From a candidate division WOR-3 bacterium (GTDB lineage: Bacteria; Hydrothermota; 32-111), in NCBI GenBank assembly GCA_037481815.1, contig JBBFKX010000002.1:192001-256000 (forward strand): 64,000 nt of DNA, written 5' to 3'. The notes under the pieces were generated by a model. It was not told where the DNA came from and searched no databases. It was given only the letters and a program-made list of their open reading frames with translations. Position numbers and translations under genes: made by a program. This document shows positions 20,888 through 33,697 of this stretch, piece by piece. Position 1 is the stretch's first letter; every line of letters starts with the position of its first letter.

Positions 20888-21076
20888 TTATTTTTTGTTA
20901 CAGGTGTTTATTTTAAAGGGAACATAGAGAAGACAAAAACCTGTTATTGCGGTTATAAGTAATATTCCCCCAAAAATGTAAAAGATCCATAATTTTGTAA
21001 TATAACCTATCACAGTAAAAATTAATGAGAGAACTATCCTGATTATCCTATCGATCTTTCCAACATTACATTTCAT
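20888..21076 (-). CDS. DUF2892 (YgaP-like) small membrane protein
   Basis: NVGKIDRIIR...TAITGFC.LY.PF.INT; AGGAGG SD before ATG 21076. Confidence 0.85.
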   Translation of the reverse strand: MKCNVGKIDRIIRIVLSLIFTVIGYITKLWIFYIFGGILLITAITGFCLLYVPFKINTCNKK

Positions 21077-21093
21077 TTTTCCTCCTTTAAAAA

Positions 21094-21432
21094 TCATCCT
21101 GGTGGCCAGTTCATCTTTCTTCCACCAAGGATATGGAAATGAAGATGAAAAACTGACTGCCCCGCTTCTGTTCCAACATTCGAAACGACTCTATAACTTT
21201 CAAGACCGACTTTTTTCGCAACTTTTGAAATATTTTCAACCAAAACACTTATCAAGTTTTTGTCATCCTCATCTATCTTATCGATCGATTCAATATGTTT
21301 TTTGGGTATAAGGAGTATGTGAACCGGTGCCTGTGGAGAGATATCCTTAAAAGCTATACACAGATCATCCTCATAAACGATCTGAGAATTTATCTCCTTT
21401 TTTGCGATTTTACAAAAAATACAATCAGTCAT
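21094..21432 (-). CDS. hinT: Histidine triad nucleotide-binding protein
   Basis: DCIFCKI, GQSVFHLHFH, WPPG. Confidence 0.93.
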   Translation of the reverse strand: MTDCIFCKIAKKEINSQIVYEDDLCIAFKDISPQAPVHILLIPKKHIESIDKIDEDDKNLISVLVENISKVAKKVGLESYRVVSNVGTEAGQSVFHLHFHILGGRKMNWPPG

Positions 21433-22108
21433 TCTTTGCCCCTTTGAGATAATGTATTATTGAAAGAAAAGCAACCGCAAAAGTTTCGGTTCTTAATACA
21501 GCAACATCAAAGAAGAAAGGTTTTACTCCATTTTTTATCAAGAACTCCTCCTCCTCTTTTGTGAATCCCGAAGGTGGTCCAATAAAAATATTAACAGATT
21601 CGCTTTTAAATTCAATAGTTTTTTTTGTCTTGTTCTCAAGTGAACCAAAAAATGAATCGATACTCCTATCAAAATCAAGTTTAAAAAGTTCTACTGGTTC
21701 ATTGTAAACTGGAACTTTAAACCTTCTTGATTGTTTTACAGCAGATTTCAAGATTGAAAAAACTCGATCCTTTTTCAAAGGATATTTTTCACTTTTTTGT
21801 GTTATAACAGGATTGAAAGATCTAACACCAAGTTCAGTGCATTTTTCAAAAATAAACTTCATCCTGTTTTTATCACATAATCCAAAATAGAGGTTTACAA
21901 ATTCATTTTCATTCGAATGATCAACCTTGATCAATTCATATATGTTACCATTCTTATCAACAGTACCAGAATACAGTATTCCATCCCCTGTTGTGAACAA
22001 TATTTTTGAAGGAACTCTTATCCTGTAAACTGTAAGGTGGTGCAGTTCATCTTCTGGAAGAAAAAATTTTTCACCTTTTTTTTCTGCAAAAAAAATCGGT
22101 TCAACCAT
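21425..22108 (-). CDS. rsmE: 16S rRNA m3U1498 methyltransferase
   Basis: HHL.V.R, EKCTELGV, AVKQS.R, IGPPSGF, LRTETFA; follows dnaJ. Confidence 0.85.
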   Translation of the reverse strand: MVEPIFFAEKKGEKFFLPEDELHHLTVYRIRVPSKILFTTGDGILYSGTVDKNGNIYELIKVDHSNENEFVNLYFGLCDKNRMKFIFEKCTELGVRSFNPVITQKSEKYPLKKDRVFSILKSAVKQSRRFKVPVYNEPVELFKLDFDRSIDSFFGSLENKTKKTIEFKSESVNIFIGPPSGFTKEEEEFLIKNGVKPFFFDVAVLRTETFAVAFLSIIHYLKGAKND

Positions 22109-23229
22109 CAAAGAATCTTTTCAAGTTCTTTCAAAAGATTTTTTACTCTTAAATCGACATTTTGTGGAACCTCAATGTTGACTTTCACAAGTAAATCTCC
22201 AACTTTTTTTGGATTATTCGGATCGGGTAAACCTTTTCCCTTAATAACAAAAGTTTTTCCTGATTCGGTCCCCTGTGGGATTTTCAACTTTATCTTTTTA
22301 CCATCTATTGTATCAATCGTGACTTCACCACCTAAAACCGCTGTTGGGTATTTGATATAAATTTCAGTTTTGAGATTATCATCCTCTCGAACAAATCTTT
22401 TGTGTGGAACCTCCTGAAAAACGATGATAAGATCACCATATCTGCCACCATTTTTTCCAGCATTTCCCTCTCCCTGTATTCTCATATAAGAGTTATCGTA
22501 AACCCCGGCAGGTATATCAACTTTCACACTGTGCTCAACTTTAACAACACCTTCTCCAAAACAATCTTTACACTTTTTACCAACAACCTTTCCATCTCCT
22601 GAACATGTCGGACATGTTGCGACCTGAACTATTGTTCCAAACATCGATTGTTTCTTATATTTCCTCTGCCCTGTTCCTTTACAATCCGGACAAACCGTGA
22701 TATCTGTTCCACCTTTACCATCACATGTTTTACACTTCTCATATCTTGTATATTTTAAAGTTTTTGTGGTTCCAGAATATATCTCTTCAAGAGTTAATCT
22801 CAAATTTATTTTTATATCTTTACCTTTTCGCTCCTGTTCATAATATTTTTCACTTCTTCTTTCGGAAAACCCTCCACCGAACAGATCCTCAAAAATAGAC
22901 GAACCAAAACCTCCCCTTGAACCAAAGAACTCTTTAAAGATATCTGAAATATCCTCAGCGTGAGAAAAATCCTGCCAGCTGAAACCACCCTGACTGAACT
23001 GACCGGATACTCCTTCATATCCATAGGTATCATAGAGTTTTCTTTTTTCAGGATCGATCAGAACCTCATACGCCTCCGATATCTCTTTAAACTTTTTTTC
23101 AGCTTCCTCTTTGTTGTCCTTGTTCAGATCAGGATGATATTTTTTCGCAAGCGCCCGATACGCCTTTTTTATTTCCTCGGGCGTTGCGTTTCTATCAACA
23201 TTTAAAATTTTATAGTAATCCTTTTCCAT
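22108..23229 (-). CDS. dnaJ: Chaperone DnaJ
   Basis: HPD J-domain, G/F region, four CxxCxGxG repeats. Confidence 0.97.
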   Translation of the reverse strand: MEKDYYKILNVDRNATPEEIKKAYRALAKKYHPDLNKDNKEEAEKKFKEISEAYEVLIDPEKRKLYDTYGYEGVSGQFSQGGFSWQDFSHAEDISDIFKEFFGSRGGFGSSIFEDLFGGGFSERRSEKYYEQERKGKDIKINLRLTLEEIYSGTTKTLKYTRYEKCKTCDGKGGTDITVCPDCKGTGQRKYKKQSMFGTIVQVATCPTCSGDGKVVGKKCKDCFGEGVVKVEHSVKVDIPAGVYDNSYMRIQGEGNAGKNGGRYGDLIIVFQEVPHKRFVREDDNLKTEIYIKYPTAVLGGEVTIDTIDGKKIKLKIPQGTESGKTFVIKGKGLPDPNNPKKVGDLLVKVNIEVPQNVDLRVKNLLKELEKIL

Positions 23230-23235
23230 CTTTTA

Positions 23236-25775
<2,540 letters not shown>

Positions 25776-25800
25776 AGTATTTCCCTATCTTTTTTATGTT

Positions 25801-25828
25801 AATTTAATTTAAGTTTCCTTCCTGTCAA
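25801..25828 (-). promoter_or_regulatory. sigma70-type promoter of grpE-dnaK-dnaJ
   Basis: TTGACA-N16-TAAATT; no CIRCE seen. Confidence 0.55.
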
Positions 25829-25831
25829 GGT

Positions 25832-28477
25832 TTAATTTATAAAAGTAAATTTTTTCGTTAGAACTCTTTCAGGCAGTTCAACCCTTATGAAATATATTCC
25901 ATTACGAAGTTCAGGATTCAAAATCAACTCAGTTTTGTCCTTAACAAAATAAGAAGAAGTTAAATAAACTAACCTTCCGGAACTATCATAAATTTTAATT
26001 TTAGCAAACACACTTTTATCGGTTATATAATTTATCTTTACCTTCCCGGAAGTGTAAAATTCAAGATGAAATTGAAAATCTTTAAATTCGAGTTTTTCAT
26101 CAAGAGTATAGTAAGGTGAAAACTTTGCAAAGAAAACACCATATTCGTTATCTGAAATAAAAACTCTTTTTGAAAGTGTATCTACCAAAACTTTTTCAAC
26201 TCTGTTATTTGGATAAAAACTTGATATTTCATTAAGTCCTTCAAATGTATATATCCCAAAACCTTTTGTGTTGTTATAACCTACAAGACCATTTTCAATA
26301 AGAGACAACCTGTTCGTTGTTCCAATATTTTTGCTTTCAACAAAAACGGGATTCAAAGGATCTGTGATGTTATATCTTACAATTCCTGAATTTACAGCCG
26401 CAAGATAAAGATTGTTATCTTTTATTTCACAGAAGGATTCATTATAACTTGTTGAGAATAGTGATATTTTTGTAACACCATTTGAAGGATAAGATGTTTT
26501 CATGATATAGATTCCGTTCAGAAGATCGGTTAGATAAAATATAGAATCCACTATAGCGGTTGAGGTATAATATTTAAGAGTTCCCTCACTGAAACTTCCA
26601 GCATTTTCAAACTTATAATCAGATTTGATATTTAAAACATAGAAAACCGATTGGGTTGTCAGAAATATAACATTATCTTTAATATCTAAATCTGAAATAT
26701 TCTGAACAACTTTAAACGAATCTATCAAGGAAGTTGAATTCAGATTAAAAGTGTGTATGGAGTTGTCGGTTACTAAAACAAAAATCGAATCGTTAATCAT
26801 TTTAAATCTTTTGTAGTTACGGCCATCATAATATATCTGTGAAACTTCAATAAGAGTTGTGTCCGAAAGATCAAGTTCATACAAGCCATAAGTTCCTGCA
26901 CAAACCCATACGTTTCCATTTACAAAATCGATATCGTATGTATTCGATAGATCAAAAGTATAAGATTTCAAATTGATATTGTTTGTGTCAGAACAATCTA
27001 TTATGTTCAAAGGATTGTAAACACCATCCGTAGCGATCAAAGAGGATAAAATGTTATAAAATTCTGCTGAGATATGGACCTGCCCTGAAATTTCTGGTGT
27101 AAAGTATGAGAAAGTATCAAAAGTTTCATTTATAAAATTTTTTGTTGTAAAATTGTTATTCGTCCAGTAAAGTTTTGTTGAAAAGAGTGAATCAGAGATA
27201 TTTTTAAAATAAATTTTTCCTTTTAATCCCTTAAAATATTTTCTGCTATTAATATTAAGGTTACCTGTTCTAAAACTGTTACCACCTGCAGGTTTAACTT
27301 CATAAACACAGGAATAGGATAATTCTCCATTGACATAGGTGTAAAGATTCCAGAAAGGTTCAGTGTAATCCCATGTGTTATGTACCTGCACAAGAGTATC
27401 TGTTCCACCATCATCATAACCTATTCCAACAACAGAGTGACCGATATATTCTCCCTGATAGTAATAGTTTAAAACAGCCCAATGCACAGGTCTTATCGAA
27501 TCGATTTCATTTTTTATATATCTATAAAAAAAGGTATCAGAAGTTTGACCATAAACATGTTGTCCTAAAGTAAACGAATATGGATGGTTTGTGTTCGCAA
27601 AAGTTGAATGTGCAGGTTTTATACTGTAAACAGATGTCCCACCTTCGTAAATCGAATCGGTATTCATAAGTATTGCAAGTTGTCTCTGTGTAGAGGGAAC
27701 ATTGTATCTATACGAGCCCAAAACATTATCATACCTTGTAAAGTAATAATCTACAAAATCACCATATCCTCTGGTATCATAATAGGAAAAGATCATAGCA
27801 GAAGATGTTGGAGAACATCCATAGGACCATAGAACAAAAGGAACATCTGGAATATAGTTTGTCGATTTTTTATCAGAAATTTTATATTCTCCTTTTAACA
27901 CCTTTTGCCATTTATCACTTATAACATCATTTTTTTTAAAACCAATTTTTTTGTATGTTTTATAAGTTGCAAGATCGAGAACACCATCTTTGTTTTCATA
28001 AAAGAATCTGCCAAAACCTGCATAGTATAAAGTTTTTCCATCTTCTAAATTGAAATATCGTTTTAATTTTTTCCAGTTTGTTATGAAATATGGGATCCCT
28101 TGTGAATACTCAAGGATCACGTTGTTTTCCTTCCTTGCAGAAATTATGATATAACCAACCCTATCTTTAAATGATAAAATTTCTCCATAAAAATTTTTAT
28201 TTTCAAGATCTTCTATTTGAACTAACAAACTATTAAAATCAACTTTTTCATCATATGAAAAGAAAAACATGTATGCGTAAAGATGATCATCGAGGTATGA
28301 AAGGTATAAAGGTTCTTCATTTAAAATGTACTTTGAATCCAAACTTTTGACTTTTGAAAGAGCAATATTCATGGCAGTTTGAAGATCCACAAAATTATCT
28401 TCGATAACAGGTATTTTAAACTGGGCAAAGATCGATATCGCGATGAGCGGGAACAAAAAAACAAAAAATTTTTTCAT
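25832..28477 (-). CDS. Secreted papain-like cysteine peptidase (C10/C39-like) with beta-propeller/LVIVD-like repeats and T9SS-type CTD
   Basis: Signal peptide; prodomain-like GYIIISA...ILEYS; GCSPTS (Cys), GHSVVGIGY (His), VHNTW (Asn); CTD IKIYDSSGRLV...LRNGIYFIRV...TKKF. Confidence 0.75.
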   Translation of the reverse strand: MKKFFVFLFPLIAISIFAQFKIPVIEDNFVDLQTAMNIALSKVKSLDSKYILNEEPLYLSYLDDHLYAYMFFFSYDEKVDFNSLLVQIEDLENKNFYGEILSFKDRVGYIIISARKENNVILEYSQGIPYFITNWKKLKRYFNLEDGKTLYYAGFGRFFYENKDGVLDLATYKTYKKIGFKKNDVISDKWQKVLKGEYKISDKKSTNYIPDVPFVLWSYGCSPTSSAMIFSYYDTRGYGDFVDYYFTRYDNVLGSYRYNVPSTQRQLAILMNTDSIYEGGTSVYSIKPAHSTFANTNHPYSFTLGQHVYGQTSDTFFYRYIKNEIDSIRPVHWAVLNYYYQGEYIGHSVVGIGYDDGGTDTLVQVHNTWDYTEPFWNLYTYVNGELSYSCVYEVKPAGGNSFRTGNLNINSRKYFKGLKGKIYFKNISDSLFSTKLYWTNNNFTTKNFINETFDTFSYFTPEISGQVHISAEFYNILSSLIATDGVYNPLNIIDCSDTNNINLKSYTFDLSNTYDIDFVNGNVWVCAGTYGLYELDLSDTTLIEVSQIYYDGRNYKRFKMINDSIFVLVTDNSIHTFNLNSTSLIDSFKVVQNISDLDIKDNVIFLTTQSVFYVLNIKSDYKFENAGSFSEGTLKYYTSTAIVDSIFYLTDLLNGIYIMKTSYPSNGVTKISLFSTSYNESFCEIKDNNLYLAAVNSGIVRYNITDPLNPVFVESKNIGTTNRLSLIENGLVGYNNTKGFGIYTFEGLNEISSFYPNNRVEKVLVDTLSKRVFISDNEYGVFFAKFSPYYTLDEKLEFKDFQFHLEFYTSGKVKINYITDKSVFAKIKIYDSSGRLVYLTSSYFVKDKTELILNPELRNGIYFIRVELPERVLTKKFTFIN

Positions 28478-28486
28478 ATATCCCTC

Positions 28487-28825
28487 CTATTTGTTGGGGA
28501 TAACACAGATAAACTTGAAATCCTCTTCAAAAGGATTTTTAAATTGATGTATTTCGTTTGGTTCAACATAAACAAAATCGCCAACTCCTATTTCCCTTTC
28601 CCCCTCAGAGGAAACAACTATACCTTTTCCACTTTCAACTTTTACAAGGTGTTCAAAGTCATGAGTATGAAGGGGTGAATGTCCACCGGGTTTTACCGTA
28701 AAAAGCCGCATGATTATTCTTGTTGAACCTTCTTTTATTCCTATTGGAATCTGCCTTTCAACATTTTTTACACCATCATCTGTCACTATATCTTTTTTAA
28801 CATGATCGATATTGTTTATCTTCAT
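28487..28825 (-). CDS. Cupin domain protein
   Basis: PGG.SPLHTH.FEH...G.G, GDFVYVEPNEIHQF; GAGGAG SD before ATG 28825. Confidence 0.9.
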   Translation of the reverse strand: MKINNIDHVKKDIVTDDGVKNVERQIPIGIKEGSTRIIMRLFTVKPGGHSPLHTHDFEHLVKVESGKGIVVSSEGEREIGVGDFVYVEPNEIHQFKNPFEEDFKFICVIPNK

Positions 28826-28826
28826 A

Positions 28827-29474
28827 TCAATACTCCTCATGTGGATCTTTTTGTTTTATCAACTTCTTGTAATTTTCACCATAATAATCTCTTGCCTTCA
28901 CAATCTTAATCTCTTTCATGTAATCACCTTTTGAGATTTTGTCTAAAACTTCAATCTTTTCAATTACCTGGCCGAAAACCGTATATTTCCCATCAAGATG
29001 TGGTGTTGAATCAAGACATATATAGAATTGACTACCTGCAGAGTTTGGATCCTGTGCTCTTGCCATAGCAACTGTCCCTTTGATATGCTTTATATCGTTA
29101 AATTCAGCATCTATAGTATAACCTGGCCCTCCCATGTTTGTATTATCGGGACTACCCGTCTGGATCACAAATTTTGGTTCCACCCGGAAAATTATCAATC
29201 CGTTGTAAAATTTTTTCAACGATAATGTTAGAAAATTTTTAACATGGTTTGGTGCCTTTTCAGGATAAAATCTTATAACCATCGTATCCTCTTCTTTTCC
29301 ATCTTTTGATTGCCATACGAATAAGGCAAGGTAATCTTTCTTAAAATCAAAATTTTTTAAAGGATCTATAGTTTTCGTTTCCATCTTCTCCTCTTTTTTT
29401 GTTTCATTTTTATCACATCCATAAAATGAAAAGATTAAAAAAATTATAAGAATGCTATAAACGATTCTTTTCAT
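28827..29474 (-). CDS. Cyclophilin-type peptidyl-prolyl isomerase, probable lipoprotein
   Basis: Lipobox-like FYGC; FRVEPKFVIQTG, MAR..DPNSAGSQFYI, HLDGKYTVFG. Confidence 0.92.
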   Translation of the reverse strand: MKRIVYSILIIFLIFSFYGCDKNETKKEEKMETKTIDPLKNFDFKKDYLALFVWQSKDGKEEDTMVIRFYPEKAPNHVKNFLTLSLKKFYNGLIIFRVEPKFVIQTGSPDNTNMGGPGYTIDAEFNDIKHIKGTVAMARAQDPNSAGSQFYICLDSTPHLDGKYTVFGQVIEKIEVLDKISKGDYMKEIKIVKARDYYGENYKKLIKQKDPHEEY

Positions 29475-29484
29475 TTTTAACCTC

Positions 29485-30447
29485 CTATTTTCTTAAGGTT
29501 ATAAGATAAAGATAAACAAGATAAGATATAAGCATAAAAAAAGAACCTTTTTTGCCTATAGAATGTTTTTTCCCAAGAAACATCAGTCCAAAAAGTAAAA
29601 AAGTTGAATACAGTAAAACTAAAATATCAAAGTTGAAAAACTGTTTATAGCCAACATTGTTTATCAAACTGGATATTCCAAGAATAAAAAGAATATTAAA
29701 AATGTTTGATCCGATGATATTTCCTATTGCAATATCACTATTCTTTTTATATGAAGCAACCGCAGATGTCACAAGTTCAGGTAGTGAAGTTCCAACAGCA
29801 ACAACCGTAAGAGAAATGAAAGCTTCTGAAATTTTTAAAAACCTTGCAATAAATATGGCAGAGGAAACAAAAAATTTTGCTGATACGAAAAGAAATATCA
29901 TTCCTGCAATTATGAAAAGAATAGATTTTCTAAAACTAAAAATTTTAATATTCTCTTCCACAACAGGTTCAACTTTTGCAATCTTTATAATATAGTATAA
30001 AAAAAATATAAAAAATATCAAAAACACCATACCTTCACTTCTTGATAGAGAGTTTGAAAAATCTGAACCATTTATAAGATCATCGTTTAAAAAAATAAAA
30101 AGAATAAAGGCGGCAAAGAAGGAAAAAGGAATCTCTTTATAGGTGGTGTTCTTTTTTACAACTATAGGATTTATAAGACCTGAAATACCAAGTATCAAAA
30201 GGATATTTGTGATGTTGGATCCGATTATGTTTCCCAAAACTATATCGTTATGTTTTGAAAAAGAGGAAATAATATTTATAACAAGTTCAGGTAACGATGT
30301 CCCCATTGAGACGAGAGTAAGACCGATAACTATCTGTGATACTTTGAAATGTTTCGCTATCGATGATGAACCAGCAACAAAAAAATCTGCCGACTTTATC
30401 AAAACAAAAAGCGAAACCAAACATATTATTACCTGTAAAAAAAACAT
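29485..30447 (-). CDS. Calcium/sodium antiporter (YrbG/CaCA family)
   Basis: Two alpha repeats GTSLPE...GNIIGSNI; ATG 30447 preferred over TTG 30465 because a promoter lies 6 nt upstream. Confidence 0.9.
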   Translation of the reverse strand: MFFLQVIICLVSLFVLIKSADFFVAGSSSIAKHFKVSQIVIGLTLVSMGTSLPELVINIISSFSKHNDIVLGNIIGSNITNILLILGISGLINPIVVKKNTTYKEIPFSFFAAFILFIFLNDDLINGSDFSNSLSRSEGMVFLIFFIFFLYYIIKIAKVEPVVEENIKIFSFRKSILFIIAGMIFLFVSAKFFVSSAIFIARFLKISEAFISLTVVAVGTSLPELVTSAVASYKKNSDIAIGNIIGSNIFNILFILGISSLINNVGYKQFFNFDILVLLYSTFLLFGLMFLGKKHSIGKKGSFFMLISYLVYLYLITLRK

Positions 30448-30453
30448 AAAAAA

Positions 30454-30481
30454 ATTATATACCAATAAAATTTAAAGTAAA
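30454..30481 (-). promoter_or_regulatory. Probable leaderless sigma70 promoter of the antiporter operon
   Basis: TTTACT-N16-TATAAT-N6-ATG. Confidence 0.6.
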
Positions 30482-30489
30482 TATGAAAA

Positions 30490-32844
30490 TCAAATCACAA
30501 TCTTCTCATTTTTATTCAGTTTACCTGAGATTATTATTTCGGAAAGTTTATTTTCAACAAGAGTTTGGATAACCCTTTTAATAGGTCTTGCACCATATTC
30601 TATTGAATAACCCTCTTCAAGTATCTTATTTTTTGTTTTTTCACTTACTTCGAATTCGATTCCGAACTCCTTCGCTCTCTCTTTAACCTTTGCGAGTTGT
30701 ATCTCTATTATCTTCTCAATCTCTTCTTTTGTGAGATTTTTGAAAACTATTATGTCGTCAAGTCGATTTACAAATTCAGGTTTGAAGTGATTTTTTATCT
30801 CATACATGATTCTTTCTTTGATCATGTCATAATCATCTGAAAAATTTATCCTGCCTGAACCTATATTTGAGGTCATTATTATTATGGTGTTCCTGAAATC
30901 AACAAGATGCCCCTGTCCATCGGTCAACCTTCCATCATCAAGCACCTGAAGTAGAATGTTGTAAATATCGGGATGTGCTTTTTCGATCTCATCGAAAAGA
31001 ATAACAGAAAAAGGCCTTTTTCTTATAACCTCTGTGAGTTGACCTCCCTCCTCGTAGCCAACATAACCGGGTGGTGCACCGATCAATCTACTGACAGAAA
31101 ATTTTTCCATATATTCACTCATATCTATTCTGACGAGAGCATCCTCTGTATCAAATAAAAACTCTGCTAAAGATTTAGCAACCTCAGTTTTTCCAACCCC
31201 AGTTGGACCAACGAAAAGAAATGAACCAATAGGCCTTTTTGGATCAGATAATCCTGCTCTTGATCTTCTTATCGCATTTGAAATCTGTCTGATCGCTTCT
31301 TCCTGACCAACAACCCTTCTGTGTAATCTTTCTTCCATTTTTAAAAGTTTCTCTTTCTCACTTTCAACCATTCTCGAAACAGGTATTCCTGTCCATTTGG
31401 AAACTATCTGAGCCACCATATCTCCATCAACTTCAGTTTTCAATTTATTCTTTTTGATCCATTCATCTTTTTTCTTTTTCAACTCTTCAGATATTTTATC
31501 ACTCTCTTTTTTCAACTCTGCTGCTTTCTCATAATCTTTTCTGATGACAGCACTCTCACCATCCTCCTGGATCTTCTTTAACCTGTTTTCAAGAACCTTA
31601 ATCTCTTCTGGCATCGAGAAAATCTGAAGTTTTAATCTTGCGGATGCCTCATCTATCAGATCTATCGCTTTGTCAGGTAACCTTCTGTCAGTTATATACC
31701 TGTAGGATAGTTTGGCTGCCTGAACCAAAGCATCATCGGTGATCTTAACTTTGTGATGTTCCTCATATTTTTTTCTGAGACCTTTTAAGATTTCAATCGT
31801 CTGATCCACGGTTGGTTCTTTCACGAGTATCGGCTGGAATCTCCTTTCAAGTGCTCGATCCTTTTCTATATATTTTCTGTACTCATCGATAGTCGTTGCA
31901 CCTATAACCTGCATCTCACCTCTTGCAAGTGCTGGCTTTAACATATTTGAAGCATCAAGCGAACCTTCTGCTCTTCCAGCACCAACAAGATTATGCAATT
32001 CATCTATGAAAAGTATTATTTTACCATTCGATTTAACAATCTCATCAACAAGAAGTTTTAATCTTTGCTCAAACTCGCCTCGAAACTGAGTTCCGGCAAC
32101 AAGAGCACCCATATCGAGTCCCAGTATCTTTCTTGATTTTAAATTATCTGGAACATCACCTTCAACTATCTTTTGCGCGAGTCCCTCAACGATTGCGGTT
32201 TTCCCTACCCCCGCTTCTCCAATAAGAACAGGATTATTTTTTGTCCTTCTTGAAAGTATCTCTATAGCTCTTTCAACCTCTTCCTCTCTTCCTATAACTG
32301 GATCGAGTTTTTTCAACCTTGCAAGTTCAGTAAAATCTCTTGTGTATTTTTTCAACACATTATAGTTTTTCTCAGCATTTTCACTTGTGATCCTCTGATT
32401 TCCCCTAAGATCCTGTAAAACATCATAAACTTTTTCCTTCGTGATATTGTATCTTGTGAAAATATTGTTCACTGTTTTATTTGAAATGTCAAAAAGCCCA
32501 AGAAAGAGATGTTCTGAGCCAAGATATTCGTCCTTCATCCTTTCCCTTTCACGATCAGCATTATCAAAGAGTTGTTCAGTATCATAAGTGATATAAACCT
32601 GATAACCACTACCATGTTCTATATAGGGAAGATTGTTTAACTCTTTATCAACATCATCGATTATACTTCTTCTGTTTATTTTCAATTCCTCTATTATCGA
32701 TGGAACAATCGATTCATCACTGGCAAGGAGACCTCTTAGAATATGGAGAGGGGTGAGTTCAGTATGTTTTTTTTGTCTTAAAATTTCCTGTGCAACACCT
32801 ATCGCTGATCTTGCGCCTTCAGTTAATCTATCAAAATTGATCAT
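30490..32844 (-). CDS. clpC: ClpC/ClpB-family AAA+ chaperone (short UVR-like middle domain, so ClpC-like)
   Basis: Clp N repeats, [35 protein letters not shown]-domain; GGAGG SD before ATG 32844. Confidence 0.8.
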   Translation of the reverse strand: MINFDRLTEGARSAIGVAQEILRQKKHTELTPLHILRGLLASDESIVPSIIEELKINRRSIIDDVDKELNNLPYIEHGSGYQVYITYDTEQLFDNADRERERMKDEYLGSEHLFLGLFDISNKTVNNIFTRYNITKEKVYDVLQDLRGNQRITSENAEKNYNVLKKYTRDFTELARLKKLDPVIGREEEVERAIEILSRRTKNNPVLIGEAGVGKTAIVEGLAQKIVEGDVPDNLKSRKILGLDMGALVAGTQFRGEFEQRLKLLVDEIVKSNGKIILFIDELHNLVGAGRAEGSLDASNMLKPALARGEMQVIGATTIDEYRKYIEKDRALERRFQPILVKEPTVDQTIEILKGLRKKYEEHHKVKITDDALVQAAKLSYRYITDRRLPDKAIDLIDEASARLKLQIFSMPEEIKVLENRLKKIQEDGESAVIRKDYEKAAELKKESDKISEELKKKKDEWIKKNKLKTEVDGDMVAQIVSKWTGIPVSRMVESEKEKLLKMEERLHRRVVGQEEAIRQISNAIRRSRAGLSDPKRPIGSFLFVGPTGVGKTEVAKSLAEFLFDTEDALVRIDMSEYMEKFSVSRLIGAPPGYVGYEEGGQLTEVIRKRPFSVILFDEIEKAHPDIYNILLQVLDDGRLTDGQGHLVDFRNTIIIMTSNIGSGRINFSDDYDMIKERIMYEIKNHFKPEFVNRLDDIIVFKNLTKEEIEKIIEIQLAKVKERAKEFGIEFEVSEKTKNKILEEGYSIEYGARPIKRVIQTLVENKLSEIIISGKLNKNEKIVI

Positions 32845-32861
32845 AATAAACCTCCACCAAA

Positions 32862-32889
32862 AATATAATTCTGGCAGAGGTTCTGTCAA
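32862..32889 (-). promoter_or_regulatory. sigma70 promoter of clpC
   Basis: TTGACA-N16-TATATT. Confidence 0.65.
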
Positions 32890-32893
32890 GATT

Positions 32894-33697
32894 TCATTCT
32901 ACAATGTAAGGGAAAATTATTCCATAAGTTGAATATCCCACGGAATCATCTTCAAGAGTTTGTTTTGTGAAACCATCTATAAGCATTCTATATGTTTTTT
33001 TGATAAATGGAACCCTGAATGTTTGTGTATAAAGATTTTCTGAAGAGTAAACCATTTCTTTTCTTTTCAGATAAGAATGAACAAAAAACCTTGATGTTGT
33101 ATCTGTTGAAAAAACTGATAACTGTATGAGTGTTCCAGATGGAAGAGAAATTATTTCGTTCTTTCCAAAATAGGATGTATCCATTTTTATCATCGTATCG
33201 ATGATACCATCAGCGAAAATTTTTATTGAATCAATTTTAATATCTGAAGGATTTTTCGTATAAATATATGTATCGGTCATTTTAACAAGACGCCATCCGT
33301 TATGATAATCGAGGGTTGTATCTTTTTTGAAAAAACAATATTTTACGATTGTATCGATATAAGGTTTTGCGATGTGAACAGTGTCTGAATCTGAAATATA
33401 CCAGAGGTTCATATCCCCTGGGAATATGATTTTAACAGTTGCATAAGCAGAATCACCGATAACATCAATATCAATATCATAACTTATACTGTCATCTTCC
33501 GACTTTGTTCTATACCAGAGGAATGGTTCTATCTGTGTTTTTACTTCAGTCGTCTCCTCATCAGCATCGTAGGTTAAAAAAATTATATCCTGCAAGGAAT
33601 ATATCAGATCATCAATGGATGCCTCATCACTTTTTTTGTTGAGAGCACAGGAAAGAAAAAGCATTATCATTAGAAGAAAAAGAAAAAATTTTTTCAT
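32894..33697 (-). CDS. Hypothetical lipoprotein
   Basis: Lipobox FLSC after a hydrophobic leader; beta-rich. Confidence 0.7.
   Translation of the reverse strand: MKKFFLFLLMIMLFLSCALNKKSDEASIDDLIYSLQDIIFLTYDADEETTEVKTQIEPFLWYRTKSEDDSISYDIDIDVIGDSAYATVKIIFPGDMNLWYISDSDTVHIAKPYIDTIVKYCFFKKDTTLDYHNGWRLVKMTDTYIYTKNPSDIKIDSIKIFADGIIDTMIKMDTSYFGKNEIISLPSGTLIQLSVFSTDTTSRFFVHSYLKRKEMVYSSENLYTQTFRVPFIKKTYRMLIDGFTKQTLEDDSVGYSTYGIIFPYIVE

Noticed and set aside
25776..25831. CIRCE/HrcA, CtsR or HAIR operator before grpE-dnaK (also checked before clpC)
   Set aside because: No match to TTAGCACTC-N9-GAGTGCTAA, GGTCAAA repeats or CTTGAGT-N7-ACTCAAG; no hrcA in the window
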